Translations under genes and position numbers: made by a program | Notes under the pieces: model-generated | The model's input: the letters and a program-made list of their open reading frames with translations, nothing else | The model's database searches: none | Told to the model about the DNA's origin: nothing | Shown: in pieces, positions 1-12,937 of the stretch | How the letters are laid out: each line of letters opens with the position of its first letter | Numbering within the stretch: the first letter of the stretch is position 1 | Assembly (NCBI GenBank): GCA_051294905.1 | Contig: CM119371.1 | Span: 434,001 to 498,000 of the forward strand | DNA from: Botryllus schlosseri | Lineage: Eukaryota | Direction: 5' to 3' | Length of the DNA: 64,000 bases

Positions 1-649
1 GCCTGAAAGGGGCACTGCACTCTAAAACTGATGTGGTCTCAAATTGAGGGGTGAAACGAAAATGAAAATTTGGCAGCAGCCATTTTCTTCAGAGCGCCGC
101 CGTAATGGAGCTGTAATTTATTGAAATTTCCACAGGACCTTCACGCTCCAACAGTCATGCAGAGATTGAACTTTATATAGTTGTCAGACAATGTGATGAA
201 GGAAATATGTCTTACGCCTCAAGGTGGTTTAGATACCGTGTTAAACGGAAGATGCTCGGTCCAGGAGATGTAAGTCAAAATCGGGCTTAGTGTATTCTAT
301 TTCTTTAGGACAGAAATAGACCATGTCTAACAATTTTTATACATAAACAATGTTTTATTCATAAGAATAGGACATGATTTTAGACTACTTTCACGCAAAA
401 TTACTTACTTTTCATGGATTGGATTTCGAGAAATAGAAAGTAGTTATGTGTTACGTTTGTATCACTGTGATGCGTGAAATCGTCTTAAGAAATCGAAATC
501 GACATCATGGTGACTGTTGAATCTAATTTCCAAGATTATACAAATTCGCAATAATAATCATTTTTAGTTACTCGCAGAGACTCATCTTGTAATTTACAAA
601 GTAACCGCTAGCGATAAATCACCAAACACTTACGAACGATCAACTAAAA

Positions 650-748
650 CTATTTTTCGAAACTCAAGTACTTAGAAAGGTACTTTTCAAACTTGTCACT
701 TCCTACCTCCACTTGGACAGTTTTAACATATCGTGAACACGTCCATTT
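650..748 (-). CDS. Possible terminal coding exon of the NLR-like gene
   Basis: tatgtag acceptor; phase 0 reads KWTCSRYVKTVQVEVGSDKFEKYLSKYLSFEK followed by a stop. Confidence 0.4.
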   Translation of the reverse strand, partial: KWTCSRYVKTVQVEVGSDKFEKYLSKYLSFEK

Positions 749-1046
749 CTACATATAATTGCATTTAAATTGAAACCTTTCTTCACGATTAACAATGTAC
801 AATCGAGATTCGATTCACAATACTAGATATGAAAGTAGAGTGAGAAATTGAGAATGGAAGTTTTTATCGAACAGTGAAGAGCGGATTTGAAATTTCAAAA
901 TACGAATCCTCTTCAAATAAAGAATTAATTTTGTCTTAACTCCAAGTCCAAATCCGATTACGGCTGAAATTTTTCCAAAGTATCATGGAAATTGAACAAT
1001 ATCAGGTAATATTTTACAATAATATTATAGGAAATGTATCTAATAC

Positions 1047-1202
1047 CTTGTTTAATTTAAACTCAGATATCTTCCGCAAATCATCCTGCTTGGCCAACAG
1101 TTGTATTTGTTCTTTAAATTCGATAAAATGAGCATTAAAAAGTATTCCAAGAAATGCAACTTCTGCTACGGCATGAGCCCGGTTGAACGTCAGATTGGAA
1201 TC
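1047..1202 (-). CDS. Probable NLR C-terminal exon
   Basis: Strong ttttattttgcag acceptor, 156 nt open in phase 0 (within ORF 1014-1208), donor AAG|gtatta. Confidence 0.55.
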
Positions 1203-1709
1203 CTGCAAAATAAAATGTCAGTTACCGTACGTCACAATTTGCACCAATAAGACACACTCAGAGGTACGATCTACATGAGCAGATTATTGTTACTACTGAA
1301 GGCTAGTGCGGGTGAAGCGATGGCTATGATGCTTGCTTGTTGGAAAATGCGATGTGAAAGAACCGCAATCCTACCATTTTAAAAAGATGGTAACTAACAT
1401 TTCGAATAGACTTGATAATCAAAGTACGGTGCCGACAATTTTTACATAAATTCAGCAGGTAAAAAACTCTTTACTTATAAAATCAGCACAAGTTGTTAGC
1501 TTACTATTCTCAACAAAAGCATCTCGTCTTCATGACGCTTCTGATTACGTCATAAGCTACATCCTGGCTATACTACACGGCAAGGTGATCGTTGTACGTG
1601 CTTAGTGTAGCTGGCAGCTTCGTACAGTAAAGTCAGTGAAATGAGCGAAACTTCATTCGAATCATTAGTATGGACTCGTTATCAAAGTTGAATAATCTTG
1701 ATATCAAAC

Positions 1710-1811
1710 CTTGATGGTGAAGTGCCCATCAACCATTGTACCACTTATTGTGATGACGTCTTCTTCGTTCTTCAATTCAATCCCCCATATATCTGCAGAC
1801 AGCTTGACTAC
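1710..1811 (-). CDS. Probable NLR C-terminal exon
   Basis: atattcag acceptor, 102 nt open in phase 0 (VVKLSADIWGIELKNEEDVITISG...), donor AAG|gtttga. Confidence 0.5.
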
Positions 1812-2316
1812 CTGAATATTATGCAGATGTGAAACTTGGGATTGTGCATTGTATCGATCATCCAACAAATATCATGACGTCATATCTTACATACAGTAAC
1901 AACCGCAGTATCACAGATCATCATGTCATTCATGTGCTATATTTCGTTGACACGGGTCACAGATTTCACTGACGTTTTTGCCGGTGGTGGTATTTTGCTA
2001 ATTTAGTGGCTCGATATCTCCAAAAATACTTGTTTATATGAGGTAAGAAGTATAATGGCGGAATCCGTAGAAAAAGTAGATTATGGAGACGAAGATATTT
2101 TGGGCAATATAGTTGACCTTTAATCAAATCGTAAACACCCGGAACCGTATTCCTGCATTGACACGAATTCATGAGCTATTTTCGTTTTTTAATCGTAGCG
2201 CGAAAATGGACAGTTTCCTATTGTGAGCATATAAATCGGAATTACTCCATGGACATCATAGTGAGTCCTATATTACAAGGGAAATAAAACACTGCAGTCA
2301 AAAACGCTGTTATAAT

Positions 2317-2835
2317 TAGGGCTGAGCACAATGATTCGAGTGCACAAATCTGAATCGAATATCAATTTTAATGATTCAGGCCGAGTAGTAAAAGTCGTTT
2401 CTCAAGTATAGAAATTGTGCGTTCGTCGACACTGAAAGTTCCTTTATTGACAAAAATTGTGGTTTTGACAGTATTTTTCACTTTTGAAGCCGTGAAATCA
2501 CGATTGGTCGCATAGCAGCATATCAAACATATCGTACAAAGCTACGAACGTTACTGGAATAACATATTTTCGAAGTCATGATAATTACCCAAAATTGCCA
2601 CTAACTGTCAATAAAATTGGTATGTTCGAAAAGATACCGAAGTATCTTTTTTGTGATGCATAACAACAGGCATTATATTATTTAGGGTGACATAAAAGGT
2701 ACATATTTGAACTTTGATATATTATATTCTGTTATGACATCATAACATAACGAGTCTCGAATAGTCGACTCTACTCTAAGCTTCATATGTGATTTAGAAT
2801 TGAATCACTCAGATACTCGATTTTTCCCAGCCCTA
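2317..2835. mobile_element. hAT-type MITE (TAGGGCTG termini) in NLR intron
   Basis: TIR tagggctg...cagcccta with a perfect 8-bp TSD gttataat. A related degraded copy lies at ~9073-9890. Confidence 0.85.
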
Positions 2836-3351
2836 GTTATAATCAGTAAACAATTTCGCTATGCAATGTCGAAATCATTGTGTTGGCCTGAAAATCAGAT
2901 GCGCACTTTGTTGATTAGCAGTAGTAATATTCTGTTGCGCACTAATTCATGTCGACATGCACACTTTTGAATTTTGACGATGCTGAAAATGTTACTTTTT
3001 ATTTACGCAGTGCATTTTGTAGGGGCACGTACCGTTTGCTTACGTAATTGTGATATAATTTTTTAAAATATTGATGAGCAATTCGATCATGGCCAGACTG
3101 GCTGGTATCGATCACACCAATATCGAATTTCATTACATTCCATTCGTTTCATTCATTGTCAATGTAGTAGAAAGTTGATTTTTGTTGATGAGGTCGTGAC
3201 ATTAGCTCATCGCTCTTATTGCTACCACTACTTTACATAATCCACCATTTCACCAAATTCGATTACATAACTCGATATTAATTATACAATGCGGATATTA
3301 AAACATCATATCAGTGGGTAAATACTCTACGGCTTCGGCATGAAAGCAGAG

Positions 3352-4208
3352 TGGGACTGTCAAAAATTCTTCAAAATTCACTGGCTATGTGACAGAATTG
3401 TTAGGTTGGTTGAAACAACGCTGTAAACCCAATTTGGCTTCAAGTCCAACCAGTACAAGCAAGATTCTTGCTGTAGAAAGTTTTGAATTTATAATTGAAA
3501 AAAAAAATCAATGTTTTTCTTACAACCCCATAAAATTGTTAGGCAATCAGTAGTGATGATGCATACCAAATTTGGTTCAATTCCAACCGCTAGGAGCAAA
3601 CTAATTGCCACAATAAAATTTCCAAATTCCGTGATTTTATAGGAAATAATTATAGCTTTCAATACATCATCCATTGTAGTACAATATTTAAACTCAAATA
3701 CTTTTTGGCACAGTATAGGGATTTAAATGGATTTAGAAGCAAAACCAAATCTGTTTCACTCCCTCCAGTGTGCCGTTAACTCTTGAAAGAGCCAACAAAA
3801 AGTCTTCGAGTTCAATAAATATTCTGCAACAATGGATTTTGTATTGAAAGCTATATTCAAGTTCTGTACCACGAATAAGCTATTTGAGTAAATGTTTAAA
3901 GACTTAGCCACCGTAAAATTATTTTATTTGAGTCCAAATTTTTTCTACCACAATAACTTCGCTTCTAGTGGTTGGAATTGAGCCACATTTGGTGTGCATC
4001 GTCTCTACTGACAGCCCAACAATTTTACGTTGTTGAGAGAAAAATTTTGAAATTTTAATTTTTAATGATAAATCCAAAATTTTCTACTGCAAGAAAATCG
4101 CTTCTACTGGTTGCAATTGACCCAAAGTTGGCGTGCAGCGTTGTTTTCGCCAGCACAACAATTTTATAACATAGCCAAAGAAATCTGAAGGTTTTTTGAA
4201 CAGCCCTA
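3352..4208. mobile_element. Long-TIR MITE of the TAGGG-TGTTCAAAA family
   Basis: Diverged inverted arms of several hundred bp ending gaacagcccta. Flanks aagcagag/ttgcagag form a degraded 8-bp TSD. Confidence 0.75.
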
Positions 4209-4351
4209 TTGCAGAGAATATATGTATAATGCTCTCTATCACGACTATGGCGTCACCGATCACGTGCGATTGTCCTTCACAAGTCTCCGCATACCCACAT
4301 AAAATTATAGTGGCTTGTCAGTACACAACTAAATCATAGAATCGATCTCAC

Positions 4352-4456
4352 TTCCCAAGCCAATTTTCCAGAGAGCGATTCAATCCGACGATGTCCGAGC
4401 AGTGAACGCAGTGCTTTTGCTGAGAAATTATTGCCACGCAAATCCACTTTCTTCAC
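4352..4456 (-). CDS. NLR LRR exon
   Basis: cattccag acceptor. Encodes VKKVDLRGNNFSAKALRSLL, which fits the LxxLxLxxNxL LRR pattern. Donor gtgaga. Confidence 0.75.
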
Positions 4457-4966
4457 CTGGAATGATGAATGAAATATGAATACAATGTCGGCCAATATCA
4501 TGTCAAACTAACACAGGTTTGCACCGCCTTATTCAGGGCATATTTTGGAAGCTGAGTATGTTCAACATCATTGCGATCCCCACAATAAAGTCAAACGACA
4601 CCGGGTTTAGAGCCACGGTCATTTACTAACCCATTCAAATGGCTTCAATCAATTCTAGGAATACACCGTACTCTATAATTGAGATTACGATTTGATTTCA
4701 GTGAATGGTGGCTAATTTTATTCACTTTCGATTTCATTTTCGCGAGCGAGGCGGCCACAGTAGGATCAACTGTAAGTTGTAATTGAGCTGCATGTAATTA
4801 TTTATCTTTTCTCATGCTATTTATATTGTCAGTGAAGCATTTCTATTCTGTGTAATTGTAATTTGATAAAAATTTTATTAATTACAATTTCAATTGCATT
4901 GTTATTGAAACCTGACAATCACAACATAAAATAAATATCCCATTAACACGGGAGTTCTATGCTTAC

Positions 4967-5051
4967 CTCGTTACCCAATTCAGCCATACTAAACTGTTTC
5001 CCATTGGCCAACTTCAGCTCCAACAGAAAACTTGGTGAATTACAATATAGC
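4967..5051 (-). CDS. NLR C-terminal region exon
   Basis: ttcaatag acceptor and GAG|gtaagc donor. Open frame LYCNSPSFLLELKLANGKQFSMAELGNE. Confidence 0.65.
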
Positions 5052-5265
5052 CTATTGAACAAAATCCTACTATTTAATAAATGGACGAAAAGCAAATAAA
5101 CTCTTCTGTAACCTGTGCTGAACCATTTCCTACACCACAGTCAGTGTTTTTTTCTAATCTCTTTCCAGTACTGAGGCATACTGCAGCTATTGCAAAAAGA
5201 AATTCAAGTTTCAACCAAGACTCACGCTAGATCACACATTTGTAGAGATGTTATCCCAGTCTTAC

Positions 5266-5360
5266 CTCATATCTTAGCTTAATTTACTGGGGCAAGAACC
5301 TTTCCGCATCCTAATGTTCATCAAATGCAGTTGAACAGTTTTGAGCAAGTGAAAATGTAA
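5266..5360 (-). CDS. Probable NLR exon with premature TAA
   Basis: ttgttcgcag acceptor and AG|gtaag donor. Its 95 nt (phase 0 to 2) is exactly what is needed to join the next phase-2 exon. TAA at codon 29. Confidence 0.55.
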
Positions 5361-5846
5361 CTGCGAACAAAAATTTTGTAATTGGTAGTTATCAGGAGCT
5401 TCTTTACTTTTGCATTTATTTTAATTTTACACACCTTATCGGTATCATCCTTATTGCTTTACCCATTACATTTAATTCACCTTACTAAGCTATGAGTATT
5501 TGTTTGAGTACGGTAAATTTCATTGACTGCCTTGTATCCTATTCGCTATTAGTTGTTGCCAGTCGCTCGATTGTTAGTAGTCGCCTATAAAAAATTTATT
5601 TTTTTGTATTTTTCAGAGCTCATGACTAGGAATAGTTCGAATACGTTCAAATTTGTCTTTTCTAATTAAAGGATCTACTACGTACGAATCATGAATGAAA
5701 CATGAATAGCTTGAGATTGTTGCTAAATACGTCGCTACAGTTGTCAGAGAACACCTCTGTAGCCTACCGAATCAGTCAGACTTTTACCAGTAATTGTAAT
5801 TATAATTGTACTTACTTACATGTTTAACAGTAATTGTAATTTTAGT

Positions 5847-6421
5847 CAGGGTTCTAAAGACTCCAGTCTAGATTTCCTGATGACTCGACTTGACTCAAGT
5901 CATTTTCGCAAAATTCTGAAATGACTCGACTCAGCTCGAGTCAATCTGTGTATTGAATCGACTTGGACTCGAGTCATTACGCATGACTCGAATCAAGTCA
6001 TATGACTCGAGACTCAGACGGCCAAGATCGACATTTCATTGTAATTTCAAAGAATAGTAAAGTGACCACACAATTGTGATTTCGTCTATGGGTACTGGTA
6101 GGCTACTGGTACTGGTACTACTGCGACCAGAAACTGCTTCAAGTGAGGAAAAGTATTATATTATGAATGCGAACCAGCATTCGATATCAACAAACTGGGT
6201 TATAATAAGTGGGTTACCAAGACTTGAAATGGAAGCTGAGCCGTCAACGCAATGACTTAGACTCGAGTCATAATGCCATGACTCGGACTCCACCCTCTTA
6301 TCGCTGACTTGGACTCGGTTGTGATTTGAAAATGACTCGACTTGACTCGAGTCAAAACTATTTAAATGAGATTAACTTGTTACTCGGAGCCTTTGTGACT
6401 AGGTAGTGGGTAACAACCCTG
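5847..6421. mobile_element. hAT-like MITE rich in GACTCGAGTC palindromes
   Basis: cagggtt...aaccctg termini with many gactcga(g/c)tc subterminal motifs, inserted in a gtaattgtaatt-rich element. Family fragments also at ~19645-19750, ~22945-23050 and ~60917-61040. Confidence 0.75.
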
Positions 6422-6688
6422 ACTGTAGTTGTAATTTGATATTTTTAGCATAGAGTAATTGTAATCATAATGTAAGTAAAACATGCAATAAAGTAATTAT
6501 AATTGAAATTGAATTGAATTAATGTAATTGATCCAACTCTGGAGGTGGCCCTATATCTAAATTAATACAAAGTGCACTAAATTGCGCGTAGCGCCAAGAA
6601 AAAATTTCAGTAGCCTAAATCTGTTATTATTGTTTATGTTTATTTTGAAAAGATTTTGGGCTAACTTCAGGCCTTCAAAATTACGGAC

Positions 6689-6889
6689 TTTGATGCATAT
6701 ATTAAAATTCCCTTCCAGATACAACGTGAACAGTGAAATTCCGAACATGTCCCGGAAAATCCAGACGTATGGCAATCCTAATAACTTGATAATTTCGGAC
6801 AATCATCCGTGCGCGCATTTTTCAACAAAAGCAATGTTATTGTGATGCAACGATACGTTCGGATAATACCCACACCGCACTGCGATGAT
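6689..6889 (-). CDS. Probable NLR LRR-region exon with premature TGA
   Basis: gatttag acceptor, 201 nt, phase 0-0. Reads NVSLHHNNIAF...HG*LSEIIKLLGLP...TLYLEGN. The donor gtccgt is weak. Confidence 0.5.
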
Positions 6890-7894
6890 CTAAATCAGTG
6901 GTGGCGAAGAAAGCGAATGTTTAGTAATATTCATAGGCCAAATTATACCCACTCTAGTGGAAAAATGTGCGCACTGAGTTCACAGGTTTGTGTAAAAATG
7001 TATCGTGAAATAGTTCTGCATTGAAGCGAAAACACAATGCCGAATCGTTATATACAGGTCACATGGAGAATAAAAAAGTTGCAAAATATGGTGTGAATAT
7101 CTGTTTTCACAGCGATATGTCAGTTTTTGGTCAAACGGTCCCTGCCCCCACAGAAACCTGAAACGGGATTCAATATTGATAAACCAAATTCCAACGTCAC
7201 CGTTTAGTCAAATCTATGTTATTCCCTACAACGTAGTCAGGGCTAACGCCAGATCAGAATTAAAACAATAAGAGAGCGTAGAAGCATACAAACTTATACC
7301 TCATTAGATCCACTGCTTCGGCGGTTTATATATCTATTCAACTCGCAAATTGTACTTTTGTCAAATTGATTGTTTGCGAATAAAAGTGTTACCGGTACTA
7401 GATTAGAACCCACATGATCCGTCAAATATTGTAAAATATTATGTACACCGGCTTCGTGATTATGTAGTACAGTGTCAAAAAAGGGCATTGGAACTTGAAC
7501 TAACATTTTGGAATAATGTGACTGGTCCGGTTCACGAGCGATTTTAAGGTTTGAATCCGGCCAGCTACCCAAGTTGAATTTGACACCCCTGATCTAAATC
7601 CTACCCTTATGTCGAGATGATTTTATTCAGACGTCAGCATTAAATAGGAAATATGTCTGAAGATGGAAAAAATGGTATTCGATGCACGATGCGATTTTAG
7701 TTGACGGATAGACTACTGCTTTTTTTCAATATTAGTATATTGCTGGAAGTCACGCTAGTTATAATGGACGACCTTGAACTCGCATGTTTATTATGCGGTC
7801 CGTGGACATGGCACTCACTCGGGCCAGACATGGGACTTACAATATACCTTCCGAGTGACAAATAAATTCAGTGGTGTTTTGTGCCTAAACTCAC

Positions 7895-8196
7895 ATGTAT
7901 TCTTTTTCCCAGACACCCCGTAATGATCGCCAAAAGCTCATCGTTGATGTTGCATTTAAACAACAGCAAGCTCTTCAAGCTTTCACTCCTTGCTGCAAGT
8001 GATCCAACGATATGAGCCTCATCGCGACTCAATGGGATGTCAGATACATCGAGATCGGAAATTTGTTTCAAAAGATCGTCGTCTCCTGATTCATGGATTG
8101 CTGTATACAGTTCCATGCAAACGTGCTTGTCCTCCTTCTCGAGATTTGAACGGATCGAACGGGCGAGAAATCGTTTTTTCAGTGACCGATTTGAGA
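7895..8196 (-). CDS. NLR exon: HD2 end and first LRR
   Basis: ctaacag acceptor with phase 1 matching the NACHT exon. Encodes MELYTAIHES...LKSLLLFKCNINDELLAII. Donor CAT|gtgagt. Confidence 0.85.
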
Positions 8197-8319
8197 CTGT
8201 TAGACAGATATTGCACCTCACTTTACGATATTACAATCGAGTAAAGAGAGTTTTCACATAGGCACAACCAAGTGGTAGAGTTGAAGGCATATTCGCTCAC
8301 AAATGTTTGACTCATATGC

Positions 8320-8440
8320 TAGGGTTACCATACGTCCTCTTTTAAGAGGATTTGTCCTCTTTTTTGACGTTTTTGAAAGCGTCCTCGGATGACGCCCTTT
8401 TGTCCACTTTTTTGAGATTTTGTCCTCTTTTTTGAAAATT
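8320..8440. mobile_element. hAT-Blackjack-like terminal fragment
   Basis: TAGGGTTACCATACGTCCTC terminus with repeated tgtcctctttt motifs. A similar end (tagggtgaccagat) occurs near 50427. Confidence 0.6.
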
Positions 8441-10479
8441 TAGGTCACATTTAGAGCAAAATAATGTACGTAGACTGACAGAATATAAAACAGCTCTGAC
8501 TGGATTGATCTTTTACTTCATTGTCTTGTGACAATAGTGCGACAAAGCATGGATTCAATAAGCTCATTGGATCTGTGCCCACCATACGGTCAATCGGTCA
8601 TGCACTTAAGATTGCTTTTTCAACATTTAAATTCATCGGAATTCTTTTGCACCTTTGCCAAATATACAATTATTACATGCATCCCCAATAGGGAGAACGG
8701 TGACTTGAAGCCAGTCGGAAAAGTTGCATTATATCACAATATATTAAGTACGCGTGTTGATAGAATATAATTTTCTCTTATGCAACAGATTTCAAATTTC
8801 TACCCGTTCAGCAAGATACTCCAGCCTTGTTTACTTGTTGCATTTATTAGAATACGTATTGCATTCCAATATCAAATATTCAAGCATATTGTCAGCCATC
8901 CCGATTCTGTAACTACCTTGGTTCAATTCCATTTATCGCAAAACCACAGAAGATGTGTTCACATCATTTTTCGGTGACAAACGTGTTTAAAGCACACTCA
9001 CCGTCGCTGTAAGGCCATGAACAATATGAGCATTTCTTTGAATTTGCACATTTATGCCACGGAAAATATGACTAGCGATGCGCACAATCATTCGAGTATT
9101 CTAATCGGAATTGATTAGGACATTATTTTTAACGATTCTAATCAAATCACACATGATCTTTTCGAGTTTCGGAATTATGTGCCTCTTTTCACTGGGAATT
9201 GTATTTTCATCGATATAATTCTTATTTTGATGTTTTTTTATCGGAGAGTGCAACCCTTAATTGCTGATCTCACTAGATTCAAAACAGTGGTACGGAGCAG
9301 TACAAAGGTACGCATGCTATCAGAAATGACATTTCTGCGAGGTCGTGATAAAACTACAGCATCGTCACTAAGTCCAACGTGGTTGGTATGATTGAAAATA
9401 TTATATAATGTTCATGTGGTGTAAAAGCAGTACTATTTTTGTGGCTTTGTGATTGTGTATCATACATCCAGTGGTGGTGTCATTGGTAATGCTCGCAAAC
9501 TCAACTGGTCTTATTACAAACATGCTACTAGTTACATAACTCCAGTCGTTACGCTGGAATCCCCAATGTAGTTAACTGCAGAGCTGAATTATACTATAGA
9601 TGGCGGCCAGAGCGCTAAAAGTCATTTAAACCGATTTCAATCAAAAGCAGACTTTGAAAATGTAAATCAAAGTTTGATCAAGGCAATGAAACCACTCCGA
9701 AGTCCGAAATAGTGCTGAAAGTCATGAAATCGCTATTATTCGAACAATCGGAGCGCCACAGCACAATGACGACAACAATTGTCCACTGCGTCGAACAATT
9801 GTTTTGAACAATGCTGGATCGCGCTTAGTAATCGAAAATTGAACTCAAAGCCTAACACTCTGTTCAGAATTGAATCACTCCGATACCTGATATATGACGA
9901 AACCAAACTCGATCATTGGGACGGATAGTTTCCAGCCGTGTTAAATGGGTGCTTTCTTACGGATCCATATTCTACCATACAATCGATAACGTGTTGTTGC
10001 TATGCACTTGGCAAATGAATGTCGTCAATCCAAGATGTGATCTAACCGTTGGGCTTATGATTGTCACCACACAGATGGCAGAAATGCCAGGCATCTATGT
10101 CATGAAAGAGTTATGTAGTATACTCCCCCAAAAAAGGAAAATATGACAGAGTCATGAAAAGTGTCAGTGTAAATATAACTGTTATATAATTTTTCTACGG
10201 GTTTTACACTTTACGTAAGACGAATACGGTGTTACTGCATTCAAACCGACTAAAAATTGAATCGATATTGTTCTCGGTAAACGTATTGAGCAGATAAATA
10301 TGATCCTCCTACAGTAAATCATGCGAATGCTCCGCGGAATTATTAAATAACGGTCACATTTGTTTCGAAACCATTCGTTTACGACGTTCAAAGTATTGAG
10401 TGTAGCAGAAATACGATACTTTTTCAAGAAATGTAGCCTAGTCTACATCACGAAAAACCATAACCTCCGATAGACTCAC

Positions 10480-11930
10480 CTTCATGAAGGTTATCCTGCG
10501 TTTCGTCGTAAATGATGCCGCACACGAATCTGCGGACGACCGACCATCGCTCTTTGTGCAGGTCGCCGTAGTTGAAGAACATGAAAGTTGGAAGCGACAT
10601 CTCAGCCACGAAGCCCGCTGCGAGGAATTCCTGAAGACTTTGATGACAGAAGAAGAAAATGAAACTGCCATCCAATAGATTGCAACTGAGGAGGTTATTT
10701 CCTGGAACCTTCATCATGAGATCTTGAACTTCTTCTGTTGAAAGTCCAAACATCTTTAAATCATTTTCAGAGAATGTCACTCTTCCTTCTTTCATGCCAC
10801 GATATGCCATCGCTTTCAATTTATTAACAACTCCAGCGATAACCTTTGCATTTGTAATGTTTTTCACGCTGCTTAAAGTGGATATAATTTTTTTGTAGAG
10901 TCCTGTGACGGTCTTTGGAGGAGGTTCGTTCGGATTCTTGGCCATGATCACTGCGGTTAAGACCAGAAACACGGGAATGGAGACTAAATTGACCAGCCTT
11001 GGTGACAGTTTTTCCATCTTCTCCCATGCTTTATCCCCATGCTGACGTATCAGATACAGAAAAAGCTTCTTTGCGTCATCTAGGGTCAGACCAGAAAGTG
11101 TAATGATGTCGGCAGGCCGGGCTTCCGCGGGCAAATCCGAGACTTGAAATTCCCGAGAAGAGATGACAATCTTTGTATCAGCGAGTATATTACGTGAAAG
11201 GATATTGTACATGATCGTTGCTGCTTCGGCTAGAGTATAAGGATTTATGTTTTCATCGCCATCTCTGTTGATTTTCCAAGTAGCCTGATCCAAGCCATCG
11301 AAAAATAAGACTGAGTCAGACAGATGTTCGAGCAACCATAGATACGCATTATCCTCGTCGATCTCATTCTGAAAGAGGCCACCGAAGAGAAATTTAGATG
11401 GTTTGATCAATCCTTTATCTCGCATGCCTTTTATTTCTATATAATGTATCAATTTATACTTTAGCTGAGAGGGGCTTGCAATGGCTTCTGTATTCGTAAG
11501 TGAATGCCCTAAAGTTTTTTTAGTGATTCTGCGCATGAGAGTGGTTTTCCCGGATCCTGCAGACCGGATCCTGCAACTATGGCGGTGATAGAGCTTTCCC
11601 CATTGATAACTTGTTGCAAAACTTCATCTAGCTCGATGAATTTGTTGTCGTCAACTTTTTGTCGGAGGAATCCGAATTCCTTTCTGAATTGATTTTTAAC
11701 AACCTCTTTCTTTTGCCAGAAGAACAATTTTCTTTTTACTTCGACTTCCATTCCGTGCACCTCTTCATAATTGCCTTTGAAATATTCTGACTTAGTGACT
11801 CTTCTCATCTGGGGATGTACTTGGAAATCAGGTTTGCTTAGGTCGTCGGCGCCGATGTCTTCGAGTATTCTGTCCGCCGTCTTTCGAGACGCATTATCGT
11901 TTATGCATTTTATCAGGGCCGAAGCTTTTT
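10480..11930 (-). CDS. NACHT-domain exon of the NLR-like gene (frameshifted at Walker A)
   Basis: Acceptor tctcccag precedes 11930; donor G|gtgagt follows 10480. Motifs: Walker A (G)SAGSGKTTL, Walker B VLFFDGLDQ, sensor-1 IVISSR, LVSIPVFL, winged helix FFFCHQSLQEFLAA. Split between ORFs 11509-11808 and 10448-11536. Confidence 0.92.
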
Positions 11931-12076
11931 CTGGGAGATAACAATATTATTTTTCATTGTCTTTTATGTATAGGAATGATCGGACAAACGCTATTACCTC
12001 TGTTTGGTAATATTTTATATACCGGTAACCTAGAACCCAGGTATTCAAGAAAGATATAGAGATTTATATTGTGAGT

Positions 12077-12327
12077 AGAGAGAGAGAGAGAGATATGATA
12101 TTCTTTTTCGCCTGCACCATCGAGATGCTTTGACAACGGAGATGCGATAAGGCCCCATGAGGTCATATAGTCTGCGCCCCCGTTTTTTTCTCCGCCATAC
12201 TATCCGTGATTGCTGATCGCCTAGCAGGATAGCTGCGGATACCATTTTTCGATTCTTTGGTATGACCGGGGATCGTACCCACGACCTACCGCTCGAGAAG
12301 CCGGACGCATAACCATTACATTATCCA
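12077..12327 (-). mobile_element. tRNA-derived SINE with MetaSINE-like central domain and (TC)n tail
   Basis: Minus strand has a B-box-like ggtacgatccc followed by ggtcataccaaagaatcgaaaaatggtatccgcagctatcctgctaggcgatcagca, which resembles the Meta domain as I recall it. Microsatellite tail at 12077-12093. Confidence 0.65.
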
Positions 12328-12565
12328 GTTCGATAAGCCCGGTATCCCAAATTTACCAAGATATCAATTCATTACGGCTGAGTACAGCATCGTAAAATGC
12401 AAGTCCATTCATTTGCATTATCGGCATTTACTGTTCTATACTATTACCGAGAACGGCCAATGCCAGGTATCTAACTTACTGAGAATTCGTTGTCGAGAAA
12501 TTTATAACTGAGAATCGACACCGAATGTGGCAAAGCCGTCATGCACATACACATGGCCTGTATAT

Positions 12566-12937
12566 TAGGATCTTCAAAAATGACTTTTTTTTTCAAATCG
12601 TACTGGCTATACTTGATAAAATTGTTAGGTTACCCAATTTAAGCCTCAACAAAAAATTCGGTTCATTTCCAGCCAGTAGCCGCTCCGCTACAGAAGAAGA
12701 GAGTTTCTATTTATGATATGAAAATAAATATTTAAAAAATTGAAAATTTCTGTTCACCCCATGATTCAAGTTCAACCAATGGAAGCGAAGTAACTGACGA
12801 TAAAAAATTTGGATTTGAATATATTAGTATTTACGGTGGGCACCATTATAATAAATGATTTAATTGGGTAACCTAGCAATTCTATCAAGTAGCCAGTAGT
12901 ACGATTTGAGGAAATAAGTCATTTCTGAAGACCCCTA
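12566..12937. mobile_element. MITE of the TAGGG-TGTTCAAAA family
   Basis: taggatcttcaaaaatgac...gtcatttctgaagaccccta inverted ends; internal homology to 57560-59850 and 53084-53502. Confidence 0.8.

Larger units (their letters stand above)
650..11930 (-). pseudogene. NACHT-LRR (NLR-like) gene, multi-exon, apparently pseudogenised; 5' exons not identified
   Basis: Phase-compatible GT-AG exon chain: 11930-10480, 8196-7895, 6889-6689, 5360-5266, 5051-4967, 4456-4352, 1811-1710, 1202-1047, 748-650. NACHT motifs lie in the large exon and LRR-like text downstream. Lesions: frameshift at 11566-11573, in-frame TGA at 6803-6805, in-frame TAA at 5274-5276. Confidence 0.85.

Noticed and set aside
12480..12507. 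28-nt micro-exon as the missing NLR 5' exon
   Set aside because: It has good splice signals on the minus strand, but the frame that would join the NACHT exon contains TAA.
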